Assembly (NCBI GenBank): GCA_963748015.1
Contig: CAVVHE010000005.1
Span: 128,001-192,000 of the forward strand
DNA: 64,000 nucleotides
Reading direction: 5' to 3'
DNA from: Terriglobia bacterium
GTDB lineage: Bacteria; Acidobacteriota; Polarisedimenticolia; Polarisedimenticolales; JAIQFR01
The notes beneath the pieces are model-generated. The model did no database searches. It saw nothing but the letters and a program-made list of their open reading frames with translations, and was not told the origin of the DNA. The number at the start of each line of letters is the position of its first letter. Position 1 is the first letter of the stretch. The position numbers were made by a program, and so were the translations under genes. Positions 27,019 through 37,601 of this stretch are shown in pieces.

Positions 27019-27235
27019 TCATTTCAACCACTGCCCCCACCTCACCCACCCGGCCGTCACGCGGTTGAGCCAGCGCTTGCGCCGGGCCGCAGCCGGGGCA
27101 GTGCGGGAGGCCCAGGCGGGCCGTGAGCGCGTGGACCACGTCGCCGAGGCCTGGGCCGCAGCCTTGGCAGGGGCGCCGGGCCTGAACGTCCTGCCAAGGC
27201 AGGGCGAATCGCGCCGCGGCCTCGGCGTTGGCCAC
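27019..27235 (-). pseudogene. Small Cys-containing phage-like ORF remnant (frameshifted)
   Basis: CQGCGPGLGDVVHALTARLGLPHCPGC, then after a 1-nt shift RRKRWLNRV..stop. Confidence 0.45.
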
Positions 27236-27594
27236 AGCCTCAAGGGCTGAGGTTCAAGTCGAGTCGGGCCGAGATGATAATGCACGGAGTTCAGAGGGCA
27301 ACCCCGGGAAGGCAGAGACCTCGGGGCAGGCTGAAGTCAGGGCCAAGCTCAAGGCAACCGCGCCGCCGACTGCAAAACCCAGACGACCAAGCGACCACTG
27401 ATCTCGGAACTCAGACGAGACATACGTTAGCTGAGCAAAGTGAACGCCGGGCTCACCGGTCAGCGGCTTCTCCATCAATCCCCACCTGACGCCAGGCGTT
27501 AAGGCACCCCCAGGCGGTAGCGCGCTTCGTTCTGGTGCTCAGGTTGCCATCCAGTCACCGCAGTGAAACAATGTCAGAAACGACCTCAGAAACG

Positions 27595-28008
27595 TCAGCG
27601 ATGCGGACTAAGCAACACCCACCCCCAGAACAATAGAGACAGCAGGAACAGCAATGCGACTATCGCGCAGATTACCCGCATGAAGCTGACGCTGGTCTTT
27701 GGCACCGAAGGGGTTGCTTGGCCTTTGCTGAAGTCGTTCCAGTGGGCTGAGGCTTTTGACCGTCGCTTCAGGTGTAGCAAGACACCCAGCAACGCCCCGA
27801 GGAATGTCCACTGCAAAACGACCAAGTAAGCAGAAGGAGGTTTCCCCAGTTCAATCTCACCCTGCGATAGCGTGAAGACGAGGATGCTTGACGGAAAGTG
27901 CAGGAGCATAAACAGCCCAGGATGGCACCAGCGCGCCATCCCCAGTGACTGGAGAAGAAAGAGGAGGCCAACTGCCGCCCCACCGCCAATACCAATGACA
28001 ACGCGCAT
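27595..28008 (-). CDS. Hypothetical membrane protein
   Basis: ATG preceded by GGAG; about four hydrophobic segments. Confidence 0.55.
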   Translation of the reverse strand: MRVVIGIGGGAAVGLLFLLQSLGMARWCHPGLFMLLHFPSSILVFTLSQGEIELGKPPSAYLVVLQWTFLGALLGVLLHLKRRSKASAHWNDFSKGQATPSVPKTSVSFMRVICAIVALLFLLSLLFWGWVLLSPHR

Positions 28009-28126
28009 ACGAGCTCCATCAATTACTTCAAACCCTCCAGCTCTTCGCGCCCTCGCGTTCTCGACATTCCGGTAGTCGGGTTCGGCACTCCTGCGTGTCT
28101 GTGACGGAATCCACATCGCTTACCAG

Positions 28127-28735
28127 TCACTTCGCAACAGGGGCGCGAGAGGCGGGTTTCTGCTCCACAATGGATCCTTCAAACGCAATTCTGGGATCGT
28201 TCACTTTGACAAGTTCATGCAGCTCGTAAACGTTGCGATAGCCGTATCCATACAGATTGATGTAGGTGGGAATATTCAGCGCCATCATGAGCGGCTTTGC
28301 CTGGGCGGCGAATTGGGTTGCCACCGCGTTGGCCGGCTTCGGACGTGGCAAGGCAACCTTTGAGGCAAAATCCGTCTGGTTGCCGTCGAAATTGTTGTTG
28401 CAGTAGATCAGAATCGTGGTCTCGAAAGTCGGAATGACTTTCTTCAGATTGTCTTGGGTGAAGTCGGTAAAGGCCAAGTGTCTTGCGCCTTTCACGTGGA
28501 TGCGATCGAAACGAAAGGCCGAACGAGAATCAAGAATGATGACTCCCGGCTCCTTGCTCATCTTGAGGAAGGTATTGAGGTCGATGAGGCGGCTTGCTCG
28601 GTGAGTCTCCACCTCCGCAACAAGCCCCTTGAAGTCATCGAAGCTGACTTTGGCCTTGGGGTAGTTCGTGGCCTGCGCGAATCCCGCGTTGGCTGCCAAT
28701 ATCATGACCGATACCGCAACTATTCTCGATTTCAT
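28127..28735 (-). CDS. Secreted rhodanese-like domain protein
   Basis: Signal peptide, IILDSRS..F..IHVKGA.HL, ILIYCNNNF, YGYRNVYEL; AAAGGA RBS upstream. Confidence 0.8.
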   Translation of the reverse strand: MKSRIVAVSVMILAANAGFAQATNYPKAKVSFDDFKGLVAEVETHRASRLIDLNTFLKMSKEPGVIILDSRSAFRFDRIHVKGARHLAFTDFTQDNLKKVIPTFETTILIYCNNNFDGNQTDFASKVALPRPKPANAVATQFAAQAKPLMMALNIPTYINLYGYGYRNVYELHELVKVNDPRIAFEGSIVEQKPASRAPVAK

Positions 28736-28949
28736 TTCTAGTCCTTTCTCGATTGGCCGGCTCCTGTCGGCCGAACAGTATTGATTGTCCGAAACTCGCC
28801 GGCAAAAGACAAACTGGCGAAGATCGAGTTTCAGTCATGCTCCTACGCCTGCACCACGCGGTTGACAAGATTTATGTTCAACGAGTTGCGACGAAGCCCG
28901 GCAGTGCGGGGAGAGGCTGACGGGGGCCGGATTTGGGCTGGCGCACGCG

Positions 28950-28984
28950 CCGGCAAAAGACAAACGTCGTTTGTCTTTTGCCGG
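28950..28984. repeat. Perfect 16-bp-arm palindrome with a third half-copy near 28799
   Basis: ccggcaaaagacaaac-gtc-gtttgtcttttgccgg; ccggcaaaagacaaac also at 28799..28814. Confidence 0.85.
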
Positions 28985-29002
28985 GCAGGAAATCGGGGGC
29001 TT

Positions 29003-30444
29003 CCAGAGGGTCCAAACCACCGTTCACTTTCCCAACTGGGCAAGCGCCCTGGCTGGGGAGACGTCGATGGCTCCGCCCTTGCACGCCCCGTTCGTCGCTC
29101 ATGGCCAGAGCCTGGCCTCAGGCGGCTTTGGGGTTCAGCACAAGATGTTTCCCTCTCCGAGTGAATAGAAACTACCCCAAGATTCTCCGCAATCGCAAGA
29201 ATAGAATCGAGCGGCGACTGGCGCCCAAAGAATTGGGAAGACGCAGCCCCGACCGATGCTCAAAGGGCAGCAACATTCACTACGAGATGGCCGAGCGAGT
29301 GCGCGGCGGTCAACTGCGGCGGCATCGGCGCCATGCATTTGATGGTGCAGCGTCTGGGTTTGGTGGAAGACATCGATGACCACCTGCACTTGCTCAAAGT
29401 GCACCTGCCCTATCACGAGAGCGATCACGTGCTCAACATCGCCTACAACATTCTGGCGGGGGGAGTGCGCATTGGAAGACATCGAACTGCGGCGCCAGGA
29501 CGAGAGTCTTTCTCAACGGCTTGGACGCCCAACGGATTCCGGACCCGACCACCGCCGGAGATTTCACGCGGCGGTTCAGCCCCGAGGATATCACTGACGC
29601 TTGCAGGAATGCATCAATCGACCCGGCAGGCGGTGTGGAAAATGCAGCCGGAGGGATTTTTGGAGGAAGCGTTCATCGACGTGGACGGGACGATCGCCGG
29701 GACCTACGGCGAATGCAAGGAGGGCATCGGCCATGTCCTATAAAGGGATCTGGGGTTACGCGCCGTTGATGGTCAGCCTGGCCAATACCAAGGAAGTGCT
29801 CTACCTGATCAATCGCCCGGGCAATGCGGCCAGTCACAGCGGCAGCGTGCGAATGGATCGACCGGGCGGTGGAGTTGGTCGAAGCCGGTCGCCGGGACGA
29901 TGACGATGCGTGGGGACACGGACTTCACGCACACCGCCCAACTGGATCGGTGGGAGCGAAGCCGGGCGCCGTTTTATTCTGGGCATTGGATGCGCATCCC
30001 AAGGTGGTGGGATTGGCCGGAGGCGCTGTCCGAGCAGGCCTGGCAGCGCCTTGGAGCGATTGCCGCAAGTATGAGATTCTGACCGAACCGCGGCCGCAAA
30101 GCGATTCGCGACAAAGAAGCGATCGTGGTCGAGAAGGAGTTTAAGAATCAAGAAGCTGGTGGGCGAAGACATCGCCGAAATCGACCTACCAGCCGTCTCA
30201 AGTGCCACCGGAAGTACCGCGTTGGTGATCCTGCGCAAGAACATCAGCGTGCAGAAGGGCGAGCGAGTCGCTGCTCGATGAAATCCGGTATTTCTTCTAC
30301 ATCACCAACCGCTGGGACTTGGCGTCGAAGAGATCGTGGGCCTGGCCAACGGGCGGTGCGATCAAGAGAATGTGATCGAGCAACTGAAGAACGGCGTGAA
30401 CGCCATGCGCATGCCGGTGAACGATTTGGTGAGCAACTGGGCCT
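29003..30444 (+). mobile_element. IS1380-family element, transposase frameshifted and 3'-truncated
   Basis: GTG at 29161; GGIGAMH, LLKVHLPYHESDHVLNIAYN, RIPDPTTAGDF.RRF, IDVDGT, GYAPL, RGDTDF, QENVIEQLKNG. Homology stops after LVSNWA. Left boundary approximate. Confidence 0.85.
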
Positions 30445-30568
30445 GCTAAACTGCTACTCGTGGGGACTTCTCCGCCAATCTTGCTCCAACTGCGGCATGC
30501 CGCTAGATTGCCCGCATGAGCGCCGCCGAAGTGACCAAGGGAATCAACAAGCCGTCTCACACATTCCA

Positions 30569-31786
30569 ATGAACGCCCGTAGCGTGTCCAATCCGCAATT
30601 GGGGGATCCGGTTGTCGCGGTGCGCGGCTTGACCAAGGTGTTCAAGGATTTCTGGGGCCGCCCAAAGGCCCGGGCGGTGGACAACGTGGATTTTGACGTG
30701 CGGCGCGGCGAGGTGTTCGGGTTGCTGGGGCCCAACGGGTCCGGTAAGACCACCACGGTGAAGCTGTTGCTCGGCCTGTTGAATCCCACCAAGGGCCACA
30801 TCGAGGTGTTCGGCCATTCGCCCAGACACGTGGCGACCAAGGCGCGCATCGGTTACCTGCCCGAGGAATCCTATCTCTACCGGTTTCTGGATTCGCGCGA
30901 GACCATCGATTTCTTCGGCAACCTCTTCCATCTGCCCAAGGCGGAACGGGCCAAGCGCGCGGAGCAGTTGCTCGAGATGGTTGGACTGAGCCAGACCCGC
31001 ACCCGGGCGGTGGGCGAGTTCTCCAAGGGCATGCAGCGTCGGATCGGCCTGGCACAGGCGCTGATCAACGATCCCGACCTGGTGATCCTGGATGAACCGA
31101 CGTCCGGGCTGGACCCCATTGGGTGTCGCGAGGTGAAGGACCTCATCATCGCCCTGGCCCGACGCGGCAAGACGGTGATCCTGAGCAGTCATCTGCTGGC
31201 GGATGTCGAGGATGTGTGTGATCGCGCCGTGATCTACTACGGGGGCCGGGTGCAGGCCAATGGCGCCCTCCAGGAGTTGCTGGCCAAGCCGGATTCCGTC
31301 CGGATCACCACGCCCGCTCTGCCGCGGGAAACCCTCGAGCAGGTGCTCGGGTTGATCCGAAGGGATGTTGCCGCGGACAAGATTCACGTGGAGACGCCCC
31401 AGCAAAACCTGGAGAGCTACTTCCTCGGCGTCGTCGAGCGGGCTCGCCAGGCGGCTGCGGAGACGTCGGGGGCGACCTCTGGCGCCCGAGTGGCCGCTTA
31501 TCTGCGGAGTGACGGGATCGGATCGGTGCGACAGGACAAGCTCTTGGAACGGTTGTCCGCCCCGACCCGGCAGGAGGCTGTCACGGGCCCGGTGGCTCAA
31601 GGCGAGGTGGAACCTCAGGTGGACGCGTCCCGACTGGACCGGTTGAGCCGGCAGACGACTGTGCCGGCTGCGTCGCCCGCGCCGCGTTCCGAATCGTCCC
31701 CCGCCCCGGATGTATCGAAGGCGAACGAGAAGCTGGCGGCGTTGCTGCGATCCAAGGGCCACGACGAGGGCAAGCCCCAGACCTGA
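30569..31786 (+). CDS. ABC transporter ATP-binding protein with C-terminal extension
   Basis: Walker A GPNGSGKT, signature FSKGM, Walker B LVILDEP, SSH. Confidence 0.92.
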   Translation: MNARSVSNPQLGDPVVAVRGLTKVFKDFWGRPKARAVDNVDFDVRRGEVFGLLGPNGSGKTTTVKLLLGLLNPTKGHIEVFGHSPRHVATKARIGYLPEESYLYRFLDSRETIDFFGNLFHLPKAERAKRAEQLLEMVGLSQTRTRAVGEFSKGMQRRIGLAQALINDPDLVILDEPTSGLDPIGCREVKDLIIALARRGKTVILSSHLLADVEDVCDRAVIYYGGRVQANGALQELLAKPDSVRITTPALPRETLEQVLGLIRRDVAADKIHVETPQQNLESYFLGVVERARQAAAETSGATSGARVAAYLRSDGIGSVRQDKLLERLSAPTRQEAVTGPVAQGEVEPQVDASRLDRLSRQTTVPAASPAPRSESSPAPDVSKANEKLAALLRSKGHDEGKPQT

Positions 31787-31794
31787 ACCGATTC

Positions 31795-33180
31795 ATGCAG
31801 TCCTTGCTGGCCATTGCGATGTTGACCTGGCGCGCCGCGTTCCGGTTCCGGCTGTTTGTGGTGGTGGCGGTCTTGTTGCTGGTGTCGGTGGTCGGGTTGC
31901 CGATCCTGCTCAAGGACGACGGCACGGTGCGGGGGTTCACGCAGATCCTGCTGACCTACACCCTGAGCGTCATCACGGCGCTGCTGGGGCTTTCAACCCT
32001 GTGGCTGGCCTGCGGCACCCTGGCGCGGGACATCGAGGATTGCCAGATGCAGATGGTGGTGGTGAAACCTGTGAGCCGCTGGCAGATCTGGCTGGGCAAA
32101 TGGCTGGGCATCGTTTCGCTAAACGCGGCCTTGCTGGTGCTCTCCAGCGCCTGCGTCTTCGCACTGCTGCAGTGGCGCGCGTCCAAACTGCCCGCCGAAC
32201 AGCAGCGCGTCCTGCGCAACGAAGTGCTGGTCTCCCGCGGATCCGCCCACCCCGTCTCACCCTTGGGCGATATCCACGAGGAAACCGAACAACGCTTGCG
32301 GGAACGACTGGCCGCCAACCCGGACGCCCAAGCCAACGTGGCCGAAGTGCGACGGCAGATCTTCGAGACGGTCAAGGCGGACCACCAGATCGTGCCGCCG
32401 CGAACTTTTCGGTGGTGGCGGGTGGACTTCGGGACTGCGGCCAAGGCGTTGGAAGGCCGTCCGCTGCACCTGCGGGTCAAGTTCAACGCCGCACAACGCA
32501 GCGCCTCCGGCACCTTCGAGGGCGTCTGGCAGATCGGGGTCCCGGACACGCCCCGGCTCTGGCAGAGTGCGCCGATGAGCCTTGCGCCGGATGCGTTCCA
32601 TGAGATTGAAATCCCGCCCAACCTCATCGGAACGGATGGCGTGCTGACCATTGTGTTTCTCAATCTCAACCAGACGGCGCTGCTGTTTCCTGTCGAGGAC
32701 GGTATCGAGGTGTTGTATCGACAGGGCGGCTTCCTGGTGAATTACGCCCGCACCCTGCTGGTGATCTTCTGCTGGATGGCGCTGCTGGCCAGCATCGGTC
32801 TGGCCGCCTCCAGCTTCCTCTCGTTCCCGGTCGCCTCCCTGGCGTCGGTGTCGTTGCTCGTCCTGACCTTTTCCAGTGGCACGATGGCGTTGGTGGTGAG
32901 CGAGGGGACGGTGATGGGACTCGGTGACTCCCCCAAGGTCATCGGCAGCTCCGTGATCGACACCCTGGCGGTGCCGGTGTTCAAGGTCCTGTTGAGCGTC
33001 ATTGAATTGGCCAAGGATTATTCGCCGATCGACGCGGTCAGCACCGGACGCAGCGTTTCCTGGGGCACGGTCGGGTCTGCGTTCCTGAAAATTGTGGTCC
33101 TGCTGGGCGGCGGCTTTGCGCTGGGCGGGATGCTCCTCTTCAGCCGGCGGGAAATGGCCACCGCGCAAGGCAACCAGTGA
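31795..33180 (+). CDS. ABC-2-type permease with large extracytoplasmic loop
   Basis: Multiple TM helices, VVKPVSRWQIWLGKWLG motif, ends FSRRE; 8 bp after the ATPase. Confidence 0.85.
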   Translation: MQSLLAIAMLTWRAAFRFRLFVVVAVLLLVSVVGLPILLKDDGTVRGFTQILLTYTLSVITALLGLSTLWLACGTLARDIEDCQMQMVVVKPVSRWQIWLGKWLGIVSLNAALLVLSSACVFALLQWRASKLPAEQQRVLRNEVLVSRGSAHPVSPLGDIHEETEQRLRERLAANPDAQANVAEVRRQIFETVKADHQIVPPRTFRWWRVDFGTAAKALEGRPLHLRVKFNAAQRSASGTFEGVWQIGVPDTPRLWQSAPMSLAPDAFHEIEIPPNLIGTDGVLTIVFLNLNQTALLFPVEDGIEVLYRQGGFLVNYARTLLVIFCWMALLASIGLAASSFLSFPVASLASVSLLVLTFSSGTMALVVSEGTVMGLGDSPKVIGSSVIDTLAVPVFKVLLSVIELAKDYSPIDAVSTGRSVSWGTVGSAFLKIVVLLGGGFALGGMLLFSRREMATAQGNQ

Positions 33181-33187
33181 TCTGACG

Positions 33188-34720
33188 ATGGACAAGTTCC
33201 GAAAACCCATCCTGGTGCTGCTGGCAGCCGCCTGCCTGGTCGGGGCTGGAGGGGTGCAGCGGCAGTTGAACAAGGATCGGGACGCACTGGGATTGACCCG
33301 GGTTCAGCCGCTCGAGAATGCCCCGCCGGTGCTGGCTTTCACTACGGTGGCGCTGGGGGGATTTCGGGGGTTGATTTCCAACGCGCTGTGGATCCGCGCG
33401 AACGAGCTGCAGGAGCAGGGCAAGTATTTCGAGATGGCTCAACTGGCCGACTGGATCACCAAGCTCGAGCCGGGGTTCGCCCAGGTCTGGACCGTGCAGG
33501 CCTGGAACATGGCTTACAACATCAGCGTGAAGTTCAAGGACAACCCGCCCGGCGATTTCAGCGACCGCTGGCGCTGGGTGCAACGCGGCATCGAGCTGCT
33601 GCGCGACGAGGGCCTGCGCTACAATCCCAACGAGCCGCTGCTCTACGTCGAGCTGGCCTGGTTCTTCCATCACAAACTCGGGGACAATCTCGATGACGGA
33701 AACATGTTCTACAAGCAGCGCTGGGCCGAGGCTATGGCTGCCGTGCTCGGCAACACCAACCGGCCGAGCTTTGGTGTCCTGATTGATCCGCAAACCGATG
33801 AGGATCGCGTCCGGGCCAGGACCCTGCGCGAGCGTTACAAACTGGACCCCGCGCTCATGAAGGCTGTGGACGCGGAATACGGCCCGCTGGAGTGGCGCTT
33901 GCCGGAATCCCACGCGATTTACTGGGCGGCGCGGGGGATGAAGCAGGCGGCCGCCGACCCCGCGCGCTTCAACCGGGAGGAGATGGACCGGTTACGGCGT
34001 TCGATCTACCAGGCCATGATGCGGGCCTTCCAGCGCGGTCGGCTCATCAGCTACGGCGAGGGTCGCTTGTTCCAATTCGGTCCGAACCTGGACATCGTCG
34101 GCAAAGTCAGCACCACCTACGAGCAGTTGATGAACGAGGAGGACGTGAAGATCCGCGACGGCATCGCCACGGCCCACCGGAATTTCCTCGGGGACGCCGT
34201 GTATTTTCTCTACACCTACAACCGGGTGCGGGAAGCCCAGCAATGGTACGATTACCTGGCCAAACTGTATCCGGACAAACCGCTGCTGAGCCGTCCGGCT
34301 CCTTCCCTGCCGCGGGATCTGTCGCTGGATGAATACTGCTTTGAGCGGGTGCAGGAGGATCTGGGGGAAACGTCCCAGGTGCGGGTGACGGCCCTGCTGG
34401 AAGGCTTGGTTGCCAGCTCCTACATGAGCCTGGTTTTCGACAACGACGACCGGGCCGCCGGCTTGATGGCCCTGGCCGCCGCGTCCATCCAGCGATACAA
34501 CAAGGCCACGGAATCGGATGTCCGCACCGAGATCACGTCGTTGGAACAGATGCAGTCGCGTGTGCTCAAGCAGATGCTGGATCCGGAAACCGGGCTGGTG
34601 CCGGAGGCGCGCGCGCGGTTGCGCTTCAAGCTCAATCTCGAGGCCGAACGCCCCCCTGAACGGTCGCCAGGCACGAATGCACCTCCCGTCGGCGCAACCG
34701 GTAATCCGGCGGCTTCCTGA
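33188..34720 (+). CDS. Membrane-anchored helical protein associated with the ABC system
   Basis: N-terminal TM; LGGFRGL..NALW.RA, QAWNMAYNISV, RWRWVQRGI.LL; operonic with the permease. Confidence 0.75.
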   Translation: MDKFRKPILVLLAAACLVGAGGVQRQLNKDRDALGLTRVQPLENAPPVLAFTTVALGGFRGLISNALWIRANELQEQGKYFEMAQLADWITKLEPGFAQVWTVQAWNMAYNISVKFKDNPPGDFSDRWRWVQRGIELLRDEGLRYNPNEPLLYVELAWFFHHKLGDNLDDGNMFYKQRWAEAMAAVLGNTNRPSFGVLIDPQTDEDRVRARTLRERYKLDPALMKAVDAEYGPLEWRLPESHAIYWAARGMKQAAADPARFNREEMDRLRRSIYQAMMRAFQRGRLISYGEGRLFQFGPNLDIVGKVSTTYEQLMNEEDVKIRDGIATAHRNFLGDAVYFLYTYNRVREAQQWYDYLAKLYPDKPLLSRPAPSLPRDLSLDEYCFERVQEDLGETSQVRVTALLEGLVASSYMSLVFDNDDRAAGLMALAAASIQRYNKATESDVRTEITSLEQMQSRVLKQMLDPETGLVPEARARLRFKLNLEAERPPERSPGTNAPPVGATGNPAAS

Positions 34721-34939
34721 CCAGGGGGGCGCACCCTGGGATCGTGAGACCAAGATCATCCTGGCCTGTGCTCACTTTCTTGCGGGTCTCCGAGCGCCGA
34801 CCTGTTGTCGGCTCATGACCGGACTATTGTTCACCCATCGGAGAGCCTCGCTGCATGATAGCACCCCGAGTAGCGAGCGAGACCGGCGTTCTGGATCGAG
34901 TGACGGTGCGGCTGGTCGCCGGGGATGAAGTCGGCCGGT

Positions 34940-35326
34940 TTATGAACTGCAGAAGGAGCGCAAGGCAACGACAGCGGACTCGCTCATCCAAAAGATTGAG
35001 TGGTTCAACCTGTTAGCCAGTGCGCAGACCGCCATCGCGCCCGAACGCTGGCTGGCCAGTTCGCGGGTGATAGATTTCGAGAGCTTCGACACCGACAGCG
35101 ACCGGACGCACCAGACTTCGTCCTCCCGCAGGGATTCGAGGGCGGATTCAGGCACGGTGATGACCGCGATGGAGTCGCCCAGCGCATTGAAGACCTCGGC
35201 GTTGTAGCCATCCTCCCGGCTGCCGCCGGGGGGGTGTTCCACCAACTTGCCGATGTCGCCGCGCCTGAGCCGTTCGGCAGGCAGGTCACGCGTCAGCACC
35301 ATGTCCTTGTAGAGTTCGAACTTCAT
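34940..35326 (-). CDS. DUF4926-like protein, copy 2
   Basis: L..DLP..RLRRGD...VE...GY..EVFNA.G.S..V.TV; paralog of 35338..35586. Confidence 0.75.
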   Translation of the reverse strand: MKFELYKDMVLTRDLPAERLRRGDIGKLVEHPPGGSREDGYNAEVFNALGDSIAVITVPESALESLREDEVWCVRSLSVSKLSKSITRELASQRSGAMAVCALANRLNHSIFWMSESAVVALRSFCSS

Positions 35327-35337
35327 CGCCAGGGCAT

Positions 35338-35586
35338 TCAGGCAACCGCCGCCATCGGACGCACCGTCAGGAGTTCATCGGCGGTGAGCGGCTCGATTTG
35401 AGATTGCCGCACGGTAACCACGTCCACCGATTCGCCCACCGCGTTGAACACCTCAAGCGTGTAGCCCGGCTCCTGCCCTGGGCGGCCAGGGTGCTGTTCC
35501 ACAACCGTTGCCACGTCACCCCGGCGCAGGCGGCGGGCGGGCAGGTCTTCGGCGAGGGCCACGCGGATGAAAAGGTCGTATTTCAT
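35338..35586 (-). CDS. DUF4926-like protein, copy 1
   Basis: VALAEDLP..RLRRGDVATVVE..GYTLEVFNAVGESVDVVTV. Confidence 0.8.
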   Translation of the reverse strand: MKYDLFIRVALAEDLPARRLRRGDVATVVEQHPGRPGQEPGYTLEVFNAVGESVDVVTVRQSQIEPLTADELLTVRPMAAVA

Positions 35587-35909
35587 GCTTTATCTGGTCG
35601 TAAGGTAACAAACTTCGTTTCGCCTGTCGCGTCATCTTTCATCCAGATACTCACAACGCGCAAGGCCCGGCCATTCGGCCCGGTGAGGCTGCCGCGAATC
35701 CTGTATTTCGGGCCGTATTCCGTTTCCTCAAGCAGTTCGGCGTCCAACGGAAGCAACTGCTCGCGCAGGTCACGCAAGAGCCGGTCGGCGTTGTCCAAAG
35801 TGTAAGCCGCCAGGGCCAGGAAGCCGGATTTGTCATCCTCCATGCGATAGCGCAGGAGGTATCCCGTCACTTTTCTGCGGAGGATGACCGTATCGGCAGG
35901 CAGTTTCAT
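35583..35909 (-). CDS. DUF6883-like protein (putative toxin/nuclease)
   Basis: MKLP..KVTGYLL..DKSGF..YG.KY..G.LTGPNG..SIW..KFVT; stop overlaps the next start codon. Confidence 0.7.
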   Translation of the reverse strand: MKLPADTVILRRKVTGYLLRYRMEDDKSGFLALAAYTLDNADRLLRDLREQLLPLDAELLEETEYGPKYRIRGSLTGPNGRALRVVSIWMKDDATGETKFVTLRPDKA

Positions 35910-36094
35910 TCGCGCTTCACCTTCGCAGCACCTTGACCGCCCGCTCGACGGCGTTCAAGGCTGTTCTCCACTCTGCGTCCTGGCCCCTTGCGCCCTGGCG
36001 TTGATTCCAACTGAACCGTTTCGAATCCCCCCGAAAAGGATTGGACGGGCGCTCCGGGATTCGTAATGTCTGCGGGCAACGAAATTCCGAACCT

Positions 36095-37326
36095 ATGGGA
36101 ACCCGATCACATACACGAGTTGGCAAGAAGGCGCATGTGCGCCGGCGCGAAGACCTGTCCGAAATGCCCGACTGGATGAAGGAAAAGCAATGCCCGCACA
36201 AGAAGAAGTACATGGCGGGCAAACGCATCCAGCCCAAGAACCTGACCGGCAAGGAGAAGCTCACCTACATGGTGGACGAGGTGTTCCTCGCCTACAACTC
36301 CGCGCGGCTGCAAGGAGGCCTGCCAGCTGTTCGCCGACCGCATGCTCGATCCGGACGTGACCATCGGCATGAGCTTCTCGCGGCGCGCTCACCCCGGCCG
36401 GCCTGGGCTGCTCGAGCATCATCCCGCTCATCAAGGCCGGGTTCGTGGACTGGATCGTCTCCACCGGCGCGAATCTCTATCACGATCTGCATTTCGCGCT
36501 GAACTACCCGGTCCACTCCGGCAGCTTCAAGTTCGACGACACCGATCTGCGCGACAACGACCTCGTCCGCATCTACGACGTGGTGATTCCCTACTCCGAC
36601 GGCTTGATGGCCACGGATGAACTGCTGCGCGAGATGTTCATGCAAGCCCGAGTTCCAGAAGGAGATGGGCACGGCCGAACTGCATTATCTGATCGGCAAA
36701 TACGCCGCCGAATGGGAACGCAAGCACAAGCTCAAGGACGTCTCCGTGATGGCGGCGGCCTATCGCGCCGGCGTGCCGTGCTACACCAGTTCGCCCGGCG
36801 ACTCGACCATCGGCATGAACGTGGCGGGCGTGGAACTGCGCGGCAGCAAGCTGCGCATGAACCCGAGCATCGACGTGAACGAAACCACCGGCCTCGTGCT
36901 GGCCGCCAAGCGGGCGGGCGGCAAGAGCGGCGTGGTGCTGTGGGGCGGCGGCAGTCCCGAAGAACTTCATGCTCCAGACCGAGCCGCAGATCCAGGAAGT
37001 GCTCCGCATCAAGGAATTCGGCCAGGACTTCTTCATCCAGGTCACCGACGCGCGCCCCGACACCGGCGGCCTCTCCGGCGCCACGCCCGAGCGAAGCGGT
37101 GAGCTGGGGCAAGGTGGATCCCACCAAGCTGCCCGACGCCGTGGTGTGCTACACGGACACGACCATCGCCATGCCCATCTTCACCCACTACGCGCTGGCC
37201 AAGCACAAGCCGCGCAAGCTCAAGCGGCTCTACGACCAGCGCGACCAGGTTCTGAAGGCGCTGACGAAGGAGTATTTCACCCACAACAAGGTGAAGATGC
37301 TCGACGGCAGCGAGCCGGTGTTTTGA
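36095..37326 (+). CDS. Deoxyhypusine synthase-like protein (probable homospermidine synthase), frameshifted
   Basis: [28 protein letters not shown](KNF), [21 protein letters not shown]. Confidence 0.88.
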
Positions 37327-37343
37327 ACGGGGCCGGCGGACTA

Positions 37344-37575
37344 TGGACTGCGCCGGCAGAGCGGCAGCGGCGACGGCGCTTTCGAAGGGCTTCGGGACGT
37401 TCGATTGCCTCCCGTGCCTGCCCAAAGCGGGGATCCGTGCTGTGACCTTGCGCCCCAAAGTAACAGGAGGCTCTCCATGAACTCCGGCTCGCCCTCACCC
37501 CTCCCTCTCCCCCCGGGAGCGGGTGCCCGCAGGGCGGGTGAGGGGATTCGATCGGTCCCAGGCCCCAACTCGCGT
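37344..37575. repeat. Cluster of REP-like elements in the DHS-ODC spacer
   Basis: Copy of the 11387 element plus ccctcacccctccctctccccc-gggagcgggtg..gggtgagggg. Confidence 0.65.
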
Positions 37576-37601
37576 TCAATCTTTGGCGGTTGTCCCTCAC
37601 C

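Noticed and set aside
27513..27525. ops/JUMPstart-like GGCGGTAGCGCG
   Set aside because: No co-oriented long operon downstream; likely chance in GC-rich DNA.
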